A stretch of 64,000 nt of DNA from an uncultured Gammaproteobacteria bacterium (GTDB lineage Bacteria; Patescibacteriota; Patescibacteriia; Veblenbacterales; UBA10138): positions 310,029 to 374,028 of the forward strand of contig CAYVOI010000001.1 of NCBI GenBank assembly GCA_964453605.1, written 5' to 3'. Numbering within the stretch: position 1 is the first letter of the stretch; each line of letters starts with the position of its first letter. The notes beneath the pieces were generated by a model. It was not told the origin of the DNA and searched no databases. It saw nothing but the letters and a program-made list of their open reading frames with translations. Below are positions 7,983-16,417 of this stretch, one piece after another. The position numbers and the translations under genes are program-made.

Positions 7983-8091
7983 GGAAAAAACAGTTCCACC
8001 TTGGGACTGCTTTTTCCTGATGGCTAACGAGGGATCGAAGGTCATGCCTATAGGTATACACTCTTTCGTTTAGGAGTGCTAGACTAGAGCT

Positions 8092-8508
8092 ATGCGAGCA
8101 GAGGCACTAAAGTATGTAGCTATACTAGGGTTGCTGGCTTTTCTGGCCGTGGGAGTTTTTGCTGCTGCTCATATTATGGAAATGCCGATGAATGAGCACG
8201 GTGTAATGACCGGCTGTTGGTTCACGGGCATGGCTGGCCCCTGCCCCATGACCCTGAGTGAACATGTGGCGTCTTGGCACAGCCTTTTCACTAGCGTTCC
8301 GACTACATCCGACACTTTGTCGCTCGTTGTACTCGTTCTAGCGGTATTGCTGGTAGTCCCGCGTTGGTTCGAACGATACCGCAGGTGGGTGGCGGCACGA
8401 CTGGCACTTCTCCCCAGACTGTACCTGAAGTATCACCCCAACCTGACTCTCGCCACTTCGCTACGGGAAGCATTTTCTCAGGGCATTCTCAATCCTAAAG
8501 TGTACTAG
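8092..8508 (+). CDS. Small membrane protein (138 aa)
   Basis: Two or three TM segments. No recognisable motif. Confidence 0.45.
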   Translation: MRAEALKYVAILGLLAFLAVGVFAAAHIMEMPMNEHGVMTGCWFTGMAGPCPMTLSEHVASWHSLFTSVPTTSDTLSLVVLVLAVLLVVPRWFERYRRWVAARLALLPRLYLKYHPNLTLATSLREAFSQGILNPKVY

Positions 8509-8528
8509 CTGGTAGCCAATCTTTATGC

Positions 8529-8554
8529 TTGCGTCTTCCGACGCAGGTTTTTTC
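8529..8554 (+). terminator. Rho-independent terminator
   Basis: tgcgtc-ttcc-gacgca followed by ggtttttt. Confidence 0.7.
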
Positions 8555-8577
8555 GTGACATTACTTACTAAAATTCT

Positions 8578-9396
8578 ATGGAAACATTTCCTCAAACCCA
8601 ATATTCAGAATCCAATTCCGTTCCTCAAGGTGCTGTACCAAGTATGTTCGCCGGTGCCTCGCCTAAACTCACCTTCATCATGGGTTTGGTGACCGGTATC
8701 GCCGTCGTTAGCCTGGCAGGCTTTGTACTAGCTGCCAGCTACGGCTTATCCGGTCGCGCTAGCAGTGCGCTCGGCTCTGCAACTGTAGCAGTCCAAGGCA
8801 CCACCACACCTACACCCTCTGCCGCACCCTCACCCACTTCGCCACCAGCTGCGCCAGGCAAGGCAAACGTCACCCTTAAGCCCGACGACCACATCCGTGG
8901 TCCCAAGGACGCCAAGGTAGTGCTCGTTGAGTACTCTGACCTTGAGTGCCCCTTCTGCAAACGCTTCCACCCCCAAATGCAGCAGCTCATGCAGGAGTTT
9001 TCCGGTCAGGTGGCCTGGGTGTACCGCCACTTCCCGCTCTCATTCCACCAGAACGCCGAGAAAGAGGCTGAGGCCGCAGAGTGCGTGGGTAAGCTCGGTG
9101 GTAATGATAAGTTTTGGGCTTATGTGAACAAGATATTTGAACGTACGACCTCGAACGGTACTGGCTTTGCTTTAGATAAACTAGGGCCGCTGGCGGCAGA
9201 AGTAGGGGTTTCCCAGGGTAAGTTCCAAAGCTGCCTTGATAGCGGCGAGTTTACGGCCCACGTGCAGCAGGACGAGCAGGAAGGCACGGCCTTTGGTGTG
9301 AACGGCACCCCCACTACGTTCGTGAACGGGCAGCCAGTTGAAGGCGCGGTACCCTATGAGCAGTTGAAGCAGGTGGTGCAGAGCTTACTGAAGTAG
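8578..9396 (+). CDS. Membrane-anchored DsbA-like thiol:disulfide oxidoreductase
   Basis: N-terminal TM helix, a Pro/Thr/Ser linker, and a thioredoxin-fold domain with CPFC active site (LECPFCKRFHP). DsbA-family pattern. Confidence 0.7.
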   Translation: METFPQTQYSESNSVPQGAVPSMFAGASPKLTFIMGLVTGIAVVSLAGFVLAASYGLSGRASSALGSATVAVQGTTTPTPSAAPSPTSPPAAPGKANVTLKPDDHIRGPKDAKVVLVEYSDLECPFCKRFHPQMQQLMQEFSGQVAWVYRHFPLSFHQNAEKEAEAAECVGKLGGNDKFWAYVNKIFERTTSNGTGFALDKLGPLAAEVGVSQGKFQSCLDSGEFTAHVQQDEQEGTAFGVNGTPTTFVNGQPVEGAVPYEQLKQVVQSLLK

Positions 9397-9417
9397 TCTA
9401 AAAGCCACAGAGGTAGT

Positions 9418-9984
9418 ATGTCACCCACTATGAGCACTCCACTAGTCGCCATAGGCCGAGCCCTGGCTACCGTATTTCGCCAGTGGCGGTATATCGTGCT
9501 GACCGTAACAGTAGCCATGCTACTGTTCTTACTCGTGGCTTGGATACGCAACTTCTGGTTCCTGTGGTATGTCTTCACTACGCCCGCCTTCAGTTGGGGC
9601 ACTCGGTTTAGCCTGCTCAGTGGCACATTCGCCATGTTTAGGCTCAACACCACGCTGCCTCGCCTCGTATTGTCCGTAACGCTGGTGGTGCTCGCGGGCA
9701 TTAACGTGAGCCTGCTTGTGTTCTACCTCAAGCGCCGGCTGACCCAAGCAGGTGGGGTGGGCACCAGCCTCCTTGGTACGGTGCTCGGCGTACTTGGCAT
9801 TGGCTGCGCTTCGTGTGGTTCGGTTATTCTCACCTTGCTCATCGGCTTTAGCGCCACCGCGAGCTTCTTAGGGTTACTCCCGCTCAGGGGAGCTGAGTTT
9901 GGCCTGGCGGGAGTAACCCTGCTCTTAGGTTCCATCTACCTTACAGCCAAGAAAATTAACAATCCTGTGCTATGTAAAATTTAA
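9418..9984 (+). CDS. Polytopic membrane protein with an intramembrane G-C-x-x-C-G motif
   Basis: 188 aa, about 5 TM helices. The only internal cysteines are GIGCASCGSV inside a predicted TM segment. A C-terminal Cys is also present. Confidence 0.45.
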   Translation: MSPTMSTPLVAIGRALATVFRQWRYIVLTVTVAMLLFLLVAWIRNFWFLWYVFTTPAFSWGTRFSLLSGTFAMFRLNTTLPRLVLSVTLVVLAGINVSLLVFYLKRRLTQAGGVGTSLLGTVLGVLGIGCASCGSVILTLLIGFSATASFLGLLPLRGAEFGLAGVTLLLGSIYLTAKKINNPVLCKI

Positions 9985-10003
9985 GTGTTATACCTGTACA
10001 CCC

Positions 10004-10702
10004 ATGACTAAGCGTTCCATAACAACATTTATCATTGGCGCCATCATCCTTACGGCAAGTTTGATAGCTGGTTCGTTCTTACTTATCTCTCGTGGCCAAG
10101 GTGACGTAGTGAGTACCGAAGCTTTGGCAGCAGATAAGGCCATCTATGACAGTATCCCAACCGAAGCGGGTAAGGTGAATTTCATGCGGCAGAGCGGGAG
10201 CCTAACCAAAGCCGTTAACCCCGAACTCGTAGACCTCGACAGCCAAGTTATCTCCTGTGACCCGAGCGTGGATGGTTTATTGGGGGGCAACCCCACCACC
10301 GGCGGCAGCTGCGCGGCCGGACCAACGGCACTCAAGAGCACCCAGGGCATGTACCTTAGCGGTCAGTGCTGTAGCACTATAACCGACCCTACCGAGTACC
10401 ATGAGAACCTGGAAAAACTACAAGCCTACAAGAGTATGCCCGATATTGTGCTCGACCCCATGCACACGCCTATTGCTTTAGCGAAACAGTGGATTGACTA
10501 CGACCATGCCACGACCCTCACCGCTGACGAGCAGAAGGTGTATGACCAAGCCTATGCTATCTCCAAAGAGAAACCCTGCTGCTGCAAGTGCTGGCACTAC
10601 TTTGTGAACGAAGGCATTGCCAAGAAGATGATTAAGGACGGTACGTTCAACGCGCAGCAGATTGCCGACTACTGGGACGCCTCGGATATCTGTGGTGCGT
10701 AG
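10004..10702 (+). CDS. Membrane-anchored extracytoplasmic Cys-rich protein (10 Cys, including CC and CCCKC clusters)
   Basis: N-terminal TM anchor, then a soluble domain with GQCCST and KPCCCKCWHYF motifs. Confidence 0.45.
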   Translation: MTKRSITTFIIGAIILTASLIAGSFLLISRGQGDVVSTEALAADKAIYDSIPTEAGKVNFMRQSGSLTKAVNPELVDLDSQVISCDPSVDGLLGGNPTTGGSCAAGPTALKSTQGMYLSGQCCSTITDPTEYHENLEKLQAYKSMPDIVLDPMHTPIALAKQWIDYDHATTLTADEQKVYDQAYAISKEKPCCCKCWHYFVNEGIAKKMIKDGTFNAQQIADYWDASDICGA

Positions 10703-10718
10703 TACTCGCCTCTGAAGC

Positions 10719-10749
10719 AAAAAGCAGCTCCAAGATGGAGCTGCTTTTT
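10719..10749 (+). terminator. Rho-independent terminator
   Basis: aaaaagcagctcc-aagat-ggagctgcttttt. Confidence 0.7.
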
Positions 10750-10825
10750 GCTGATAACGATATAACATTTTCATGTATCTATGATAAACTTTTGGTAGGT
10801 CTAATTCTGGTAAGCATCAGAACAT

Positions 10826-11449
10826 ATGTACATCTGCCCCATGCATCCGGAAGTGCGCCAAGAGGTGCCCGGCCGCTGCCCTAGGTGTGGTATGAAGCTC
10901 GTACCCGCTGAGGCCGTGCCAGTAAGGTCAGCACCAAGCGATGATCGCGGCTTAGGAACGTTAACGTGGAAAAGCTACGTCCCCCTGATTGTTATCATCG
11001 GACTCATTTTGTGCGTGACAATTGTAGTCTCGTGGACTGATTATATGCTCGGCAGGTTCTCCATATTTCAGTCGGTCGCCTACTTTATGACGGGATTCTT
11101 TATCGTGTTTGCCGGCTTCAAGCTCATGGACCTACCTGGTTTTGCTGAAGGCTACTCCACCTACGATCTTTTGGCCCGGGCCTGGTTTGGCTATGGTTAC
11201 GTTTACCCCTTCATCGAGCTTACCTTTGGGCTGCTTATGCTCGCTGGTTTGCATCAGGCTTGGTTACCGTGGACTGAGTTTAGCGTTATGGCACTGAGCG
11301 GCTTGGGTGTGGCTATAAAACTAGCCAAGCGCGAGCCATTTATGTGCGCCTGCCTGGGCACGTTCCTCAAAGTGCCGCTTACCTACGTGACCTTGGTTGA
11401 AGATTTTGGCATGGCGGCCTTAGCGTTGGCGCTGGTGTTATTCCGATAG
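10826..11449 (+). CDS. Heavy-metal-binding domain (CPMHP...CPRCGM) fused to a MauE/DoxX-like 4-TM domain
   Basis: N-terminal MYICPMHPEV...PGRCPRCGMKL matches the HMBD found on Cu/Ag efflux components. The C-terminal hydrophobic domain resembles the MauE/DoxX family. Confidence 0.55.
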   Translation: MYICPMHPEVRQEVPGRCPRCGMKLVPAEAVPVRSAPSDDRGLGTLTWKSYVPLIVIIGLILCVTIVVSWTDYMLGRFSIFQSVAYFMTGFFIVFAGFKLMDLPGFAEGYSTYDLLARAWFGYGYVYPFIELTFGLLMLAGLHQAWLPWTEFSVMALSGLGVAIKLAKREPFMCACLGTFLKVPLTYVTLVEDFGMAALALALVLFR

Positions 11450-11465
11450 GTTACTCGCATTTCGT

Positions 11466-11496
11466 CATGGAACCTTTCGTACGAAAGGTTCCATGG
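11466..11496. terminator. Perfect 14-bp palindromic hairpin
   Basis: ccatggaacctttcg-tac-gaaaggttccatgg. No T-run follows, so terminator function is uncertain. Confidence 0.4.
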
Positions 11497-11524
11497 TTAA
11501 AGTTAGCCATAGTTATGTTATGCT

Positions 11525-11565
11525 ATGTCAAGTAAACTTGACATGGGATTTTTGTACTTTATACT
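11525..11565 (+). promoter_or_regulatory. Sigma70-like promoter (TTGACA-16-TATACT) with an 8-bp inverted repeat (ATGTCAAG-n4-CTTGACAT) overlapping the -35, upstream of msrB
   Basis: ttgaca at 11538..11543, tatact at 11560..11565. The palindrome at 11525..11544 is a likely operator. Confidence 0.55.
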
Positions 11566-11598
11566 CTAAGTAGAGCCTAATTTATAACCAATAAGGCC

Positions 11599-12000
11599 AT
11601 GCCAGACAAAATGGTAAAAACCGAGGAAGAGTGGAAACAGCTCCTCACCCCTGAGCAGTACCGTATTTTGCGGCAGAAGGGGACTGAGGCACCTTTTTCG
11701 GGCGAGTACGCTCAAGACCATAGCCCCGGCATGTTCGCCTGTGCCGCCTGTGGACAGCAGTTGTTTTCGTCCGATGCCAAGTTTGATTCCGGCACAGGCT
11801 GGCCAAGCTTTGACCAAGCTATCCCTGGTACCATAGAAATGTACCCTGATGACAGCCACGGCATGCACCGTGTGGAGGTAACTTGTACTCGCTGTGGTAG
11901 TCACCTAGGACATGTCTTCGAGGATGGTCCACGAGACACCACGGGGCAGCGGTTTTGCATCAACTCAGCCTGCTTAAGGCTCCAACCAAAGAAGTCGTAA
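11599..12000 (+). CDS. msrB: Peptide-methionine (R)-S-oxide reductase
   Basis: SelR/MsrB motifs: two CxxC zinc pairs (CAACGQQLF, CTRCGSHLGHVFEDGP) and GWPSF. Confidence 0.9.
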   Translation: MPDKMVKTEEEWKQLLTPEQYRILRQKGTEAPFSGEYAQDHSPGMFACAACGQQLFSSDAKFDSGTGWPSFDQAIPGTIEMYPDDSHGMHRVEVTCTRCGSHLGHVFEDGPRDTTGQRFCINSACLRLQPKKS

Positions 12001-12006
12001 CGCAGC

Positions 12007-12705
12007 ATGCTCCAAGTTCTCTTTGCACTGCTAGCCGGAATACTAACCATTGCGGCACCGTGTATTCTGCCGCTTTTGCCAGTGCTGCTGGGTACATCAG
12101 TTGGGCACCGCAGCAAGACCCGGCCTGTGTTTATAGTACTGGGGTTTATTATAGTTTTTTCACTGGCTGGGTTGCTGCTGGCAACACTAAGCACGAAATT
12201 AGGACTGAACCCAAACACCCTCAGGTTGGTTGCTATTGTTGTACTGGCTTTGTTTGGGGCGCTGTTGCTGTGGCCACTGCCGTTTGAGCTCATAGCAGGC
12301 CGTCTTAGTGGCACGTTTGCCAAGGTGGGTGCAGAGGCCAACCAAGGACAGGGGAACTTGAGTGGGTTTGTGCTTGGTATGACCTTGGGGTTGGTGTGGA
12401 CGCCCTGTGCTGGGCCAGTCTTAGGGACCGTACTCACGCTGGTGGCGCTGCAGCGTGAGCTTACTACAGCCGGGATACTGCTTACCGCCTATGCTATCGG
12501 GGCTGCTCTGCCTATGCTGGCTATTGCCTACGGCGGTCAGTACCTGACGGCTAAAGTCAGGGTACTGACTCGATATACCGGCGTGTTACAGCGTACGTTC
12601 GGGGTGCTCATCATCACCCTCGCGGTAGCGCTCTACTATAACTACGACACTAAGCTCTACGCCGTCCTCCTCGAACACTACCCAACGTTTAACCCTAAGC
12701 TCTAG
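12007..12705 (+). CDS. ccdA: CcdA/DsbD-family thiol-disulfide transmembrane electron transporter
   Basis: 6-TM protein with a conserved Cys in TM1 (AAPCILP) and TM4 (WTPCAGP). Confidence 0.75.
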   Translation: MLQVLFALLAGILTIAAPCILPLLPVLLGTSVGHRSKTRPVFIVLGFIIVFSLAGLLLATLSTKLGLNPNTLRLVAIVVLALFGALLLWPLPFELIAGRLSGTFAKVGAEANQGQGNLSGFVLGMTLGLVWTPCAGPVLGTVLTLVALQRELTTAGILLTAYAIGAALPMLAIAYGGQYLTAKVRVLTRYTGVLQRTFGVLIITLAVALYYNYDTKLYAVLLEHYPTFNPKL

Positions 12706-12709
12706 CACT

Positions 12710-13762
12710 ATGCCTAACAAAACTATTGTGCTCATTACTGCCGCTGTCGTTATACTACTCGTGGCTGCTGGGTTGTACCTTGACCAAAAGGGCAAACATC
12801 CACTTACCAATACAGCGTCCGTCACCGGAACAGAGCCTTCTGCGTCAGCTACTACCATGGGCAAGGTGGAGTTTCAGGACTACGGCACGGCGCCGGAGTT
12901 TACCGGCATTAGCCACTGGCTAAACACCGAACCACTTACCATGGAGAGCCTCCGGGGTAAGGTAGTCCTCATCGATTTTTGGACGTACTCATGCATTAAC
13001 TGCATCCGCACCCTGCCCCACGTAACCGAGTGGTACAATACGTACCAAGACAAGGGTTTTGTGGTTGTGGGGGTACACACACCAGAGTTTGCTTTTGAGA
13101 AAGAAACCGGCAATGTGCAAGCGGCGATTGATCACTTCGGCATTCACTACCCCGTGGCGCAAGATAATGACTACGCCACCTGGGGAGCCTACAGCAACCA
13201 GTACTGGCCGGCTGAGTACTTGGTGGACAAGCAGGGTAGGGTGAGGTATGTGCACTTTGGTGAGGGGAACTACGACCACACCGAGAACGCTATTCGTGAG
13301 TTGCTTGGCTTAAACGATGAGGCAGAGGCAGCCGCCTCGGCTGACAACCTCACTAACGTGGGCTCGCCTGAAATGTACTTTGGTACTGACCGGCTGCAGA
13401 ACTTGGTACGCACACAAACTGCGAAAGCTGTAGCAACCGCCTATGCCTTCCCTAAAGATCTACCGCTTAATACCTTTGCCCTTGAGGGCAGCTGGCAGTT
13501 CTCGCCACAGAGCCTAACGCTCGCAGGGGAGGGAGGTGAGCTACGGCTAAAGTTTCACGCCGGCAAGGTGCACCTGGTGGCCGCGAGCCCAACTTCACCA
13601 GCCGAAGTTACCATTACCGTTGATGGTAAACCCCAGCCTACGGTTACGGTGAGTCAGGCCGAGCTCTACACCTTGTTTAGCTCAGCTGACTACACCGACC
13701 ACGTAATAGACATCAAAGTTCAGGGCCCGGGGTTTCAAGCCTTCACCCTCACCTTTGGCTAA
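12710..13762 (+). CDS. Membrane-anchored TlpA/ResA-like thioredoxin (redoxin family) with a C-terminal extension domain
   Basis: N-terminal TM helix. Redoxin fold with WTYSCINCIRTLPH (CxxC). About 150 aa of extra C-terminal domain. Confidence 0.7.
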   Translation: MPNKTIVLITAAVVILLVAAGLYLDQKGKHPLTNTASVTGTEPSASATTMGKVEFQDYGTAPEFTGISHWLNTEPLTMESLRGKVVLIDFWTYSCINCIRTLPHVTEWYNTYQDKGFVVVGVHTPEFAFEKETGNVQAAIDHFGIHYPVAQDNDYATWGAYSNQYWPAEYLVDKQGRVRYVHFGEGNYDHTENAIRELLGLNDEAEAAASADNLTNVGSPEMYFGTDRLQNLVRTQTAKAVATAYAFPKDLPLNTFALEGSWQFSPQSLTLAGEGGELRLKFHAGKVHLVAASPTSPAEVTITVDGKPQPTVTVSQAELYTLFSSADYTDHVIDIKVQGPGFQAFTLTFG

Positions 13763-13964
13763 ACCTATGCGCCTCGGGAACCAGGTTAAGCGATTGCGCT
13801 TGGTGAAGAACATCACGCAAGAGCAGTTGGCGCGGGTGGTAGGGGTGTCGCGGCAGACTATCATCGCCATTGAGCAGGGGAACTACACTCCCTCGCTGAC
13901 CCTGGCTCTGCAGCTGGCTCACTTTTTTAAAGTTGCAGTGGAGGAGCTGTTTCGTCTAGAGTAA
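13755..13964 (+). CDS. XRE-family HTH transcriptional regulator (YozG-like, 69 aa)
   Basis: ITQEQLARVVGVSRQTIIAIEQGNYTPSLTLALQLAHFF is a canonical Cro/C1 HTH. Confidence 0.75.
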   Translation: MAKPMRLGNQVKRLRLVKNITQEQLARVVGVSRQTIIAIEQGNYTPSLTLALQLAHFFKVAVEELFRLE

Positions 13965-13968
13965 ACGT

Positions 13969-14328
13969 ATGAAACTCATTAGCTACTACCTGTTCCTGCT
14001 GGTGTTCATTGCCCTGCTCACGGGGTTTCTCCTGCAGCGTGGAGCACAGGCCATGAGCATGGGGCAGGTGCTCTCGGTGTCGGTGCTCTTGGGGCTCTAC
14101 GTGGTTGGTATGTCGTTCCTGGGGGAAGGTAAGCCAACCGATGAACGGGCCGTGTTCCACCGCTACCTGGCCAACCGCTACGCCCTGCTCGCCGGCACCG
14201 TCGTGCTCTCCCTGGGTGTACTGGTGCAGCTGTTCACCGAACAGCTCGACTACTGGTTGCTCACGGGTTTGATCGCTATCAACGTAGTAAAGGTGATGAG
14301 CCTCGTGTACTCGAGCCACAAGAACTAA
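13969..14328 (+). CDS. Small 4-TM membrane protein, partner of the XRE regulator (DUF2975/YoaS-like arrangement)
   Basis: 119 aa, hydrophobic. 5 bp downstream of the HTH gene. Confidence 0.5.
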   Translation: MKLISYYLFLLVFIALLTGFLLQRGAQAMSMGQVLSVSVLLGLYVVGMSFLGEGKPTDERAVFHRYLANRYALLAGTVVLSLGVLVQLFTEQLDYWLLTGLIAINVVKVMSLVYSSHKN

Positions 14329-14469
14329 CTCCAGAGACGGTGATCAGTACATAGATCAGGTACAGATGGAAATTATTTTTGGAGATAAAGTTAAAGCCTA
14401 AAGCCTCATGCCATTTTCAGAAATGTTACCTTATGATTAATTTATCTATAATTATTAACTGCACACGCT

Positions 14470-14862
14470 ATGCCTAGTCGAGTTATACACTTTGAAATCC
14501 AAGCCGACGACGTGGCCCGCGCCACCGCGTTCTACGAGCAAACGTTTGGTTGGCAGGTTCAACAGATGATGTCGAAAGACAAGGGTGGCATGGATTACTG
14601 GGGCTTAACGACCGGTCCAGCTGGTACCCCGGGCATAAACGGTGGCATGTACCAGCGGCCTAAGGAAGGCCAGCTCCACACCTTTGACTGCACCATTATG
14701 GTGGACGATATCGATAAAGCCATAGCGGATGTACAACAGAATGGTGGTACTATTACCAGGAAAAAAGACATGATACCGGGGGTAGGTTGGTTTGCCAGCG
14801 CCAAAGACACGGAGGGGAACAAGCTGGGGCTCATGCAGGCTACTGACTGGAAGCCTGCCTAG
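14470..14862 (+). CDS. VOC/glyoxalase/bleomycin-resistance family protein
   Basis: 130 aa. The HFEIQADDVARATAFYEQTFGW start is typical of the VOC fold. Confidence 0.65.
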   Translation: MPSRVIHFEIQADDVARATAFYEQTFGWQVQQMMSKDKGGMDYWGLTTGPAGTPGINGGMYQRPKEGQLHTFDCTIMVDDIDKAIADVQQNGGTITRKKDMIPGVGWFASAKDTEGNKLGLMQATDWKPA

Positions 14863-14900
14863 GGCACATGGCACGTACGCTCTGGTATCTTCACCGGCAC

Positions 14901-14940
14901 AACCGCGTTTGGACCCCGCCCACCTGAACGCGGTTTTCTT
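14901..14940 (+). terminator. Rho-independent terminator
   Basis: aaccgcgtt...aacgcggtt followed by ttctt. Confidence 0.6.
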
Positions 14941-15096
14941 GTGCCGCGAGTTCGCTCGTGTTCCGGTAGTGGAACATCCATCGCCCCTGAGCGTTACTAG
15001 GAGTAGGGGGAGGTAAGCCAGGGTCGTTGCCTGAAGCCTAGGGAGGGGTTTATAGTATAGGTATAGGGGTTAGCCTTATCATTTACCCTTAATTCT

Positions 15097-15567
15097 ATGG
15101 TTAACCGATCAATAATTACTGCGGGGGTGGTGGGGGTGGTAGTAGTGGCCCTCGGTTGGTACTTCTCCTCGCGCGCCAACCAAGCTACCTCCACCAGTGG
15201 CCAGCAGGCTATGCAGGAAAACCAGAACACCAACACGTCGGGAGCGGCCGCACCACCTACGACTAGTAAAACTCCTACCAGCAGTACCCTGAGGGCTGGT
15301 GAGCGCTACGCCGCGGCCCGCGACGAGTACCAGTACCGCTTTACCTTTCTCCAGTGCCACGGTACGCCGGGGTCTTTGAATGTCGCGGTGGGTTCCAAGA
15401 TCATGCTGGAGAACGGGGATGATGTGAGCCACAAAATCGCGCTGGGCAGCCAAGTGTTTACCATTGGCGGCCATAAGTACGTCATTGCAACTGCCCCCTC
15501 GAAGGCTGCGGGGTACTACATCACCTGCGACGGTGGTGGAGCGGCCCAACTGTTCGTGTACCCGTAA
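15097..15567 (+). CDS. Membrane-anchored protein with a Ser/Thr/Pro linker and a small C-terminal beta-rich domain (possible cupredoxin-like)
   Basis: TM helix, then low-complexity linker, then a domain containing QCHGTPG ... SHKI ... YYITCDGG. Confidence 0.4.
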   Translation: MVNRSIITAGVVGVVVVALGWYFSSRANQATSTSGQQAMQENQNTNTSGAAAPPTTSKTPTSSTLRAGERYAAARDEYQYRFTFLQCHGTPGSLNVAVGSKIMLENGDDVSHKIALGSQVFTIGGHKYVIATAPSKAAGYYITCDGGGAAQLFVYP

Positions 15568-15591
15568 GCTAAGCCCCTGTACGTTCCTGGT

Positions 15592-15619
15592 CAAACCACC
15601 CCTTCGGTGGGGTGGTTTG
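15592..15619 (+). terminator. Hairpin terminator
   Basis: caaaccacccc-ttcg-gtggggtggtttg. Confidence 0.55.
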
Positions 15620-15694
15620 CAGTACCAGCTAGTGCCTGTGTGGTCGAGGTGAGGTGGTTGTGGTACTATTTGTACACTCTCGCTACAAAACTGC

Positions 15695-16417
15695 ATGGTA
15701 ATTATCTCTGCCCTCATCACGTTCCTATCCACCTTAATTGGTGGCTTGCTCGCGCTGCGCTACAAAGGCAAGCTTAAGTTGGTTCTGGGGTTTACTGCTG
15801 GCGTGCTCCTGGCAGTAGTAGCGTTTGATATTCTACCCGAGGTTATTGAGCTCACCGCGAAAACTGGGGTTCAGGCCCATAAACCCATGTTAGCGTTGGT
15901 GTTGGGGTTCCTGATTTTCCACGTCTTAGAGAAAGCCCTCCTCATTCACCATGCCCAAGAGGCGAGCTATGGCAAACACCGCCACCCCTCGGTAGGGTTG
16001 CTCTCGGCTCTAGCCCTGTCGGGGCACTCGTTTCTTGATGGTGTAGGGATAGGGCTTGGGTTCCAGGTTTCTTCAGCGGTGGGCTTACTCGTAGTGGTAG
16101 CGGTAGTTGCTCACGATTTCAGCGACGGTATGAACACCGTGTCGCTGATGTTAGTAAACAAAAACACCGACCGCAGGGCCCTCGGGCTCTTACTACTCGA
16201 CGCTCTCACACCCACCCTGGGAGCTGCTTCGACGTTCTTCTTCACCCTAACTGAGCCTGCACTGCTCTTGTACCTCGGGTTTTTTGCTGGTTTCTTGCTC
16301 TACATAGGCGCCTCGGACATACTCCCTGAGGCACACAGCGAGGATTCTTCCTGGAAAACGATAGCCATGACCGTGCTGGGGGTGGTATTCATTTTTATCG
16401 TTACCCGATTTGTCTAG
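15695..16417 (+). CDS. ZIP-family divalent metal (zinc) transporter
   Basis: 8-TM pattern, a His-rich loop (HHAQEASYGKHRH), and the ZIP signature GHSFLDGVGIGLG / VAHDFSDG. Confidence 0.75.
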   Translation: MVIISALITFLSTLIGGLLALRYKGKLKLVLGFTAGVLLAVVAFDILPEVIELTAKTGVQAHKPMLALVLGFLIFHVLEKALLIHHAQEASYGKHRHPSVGLLSALALSGHSFLDGVGIGLGFQVSSAVGLLVVVAVVAHDFSDGMNTVSLMLVNKNTDRRALGLLLLDALTPTLGAASTFFFTLTEPALLLYLGFFAGFLLYIGASDILPEAHSEDSSWKTIAMTVLGVVFIFIVTRFV

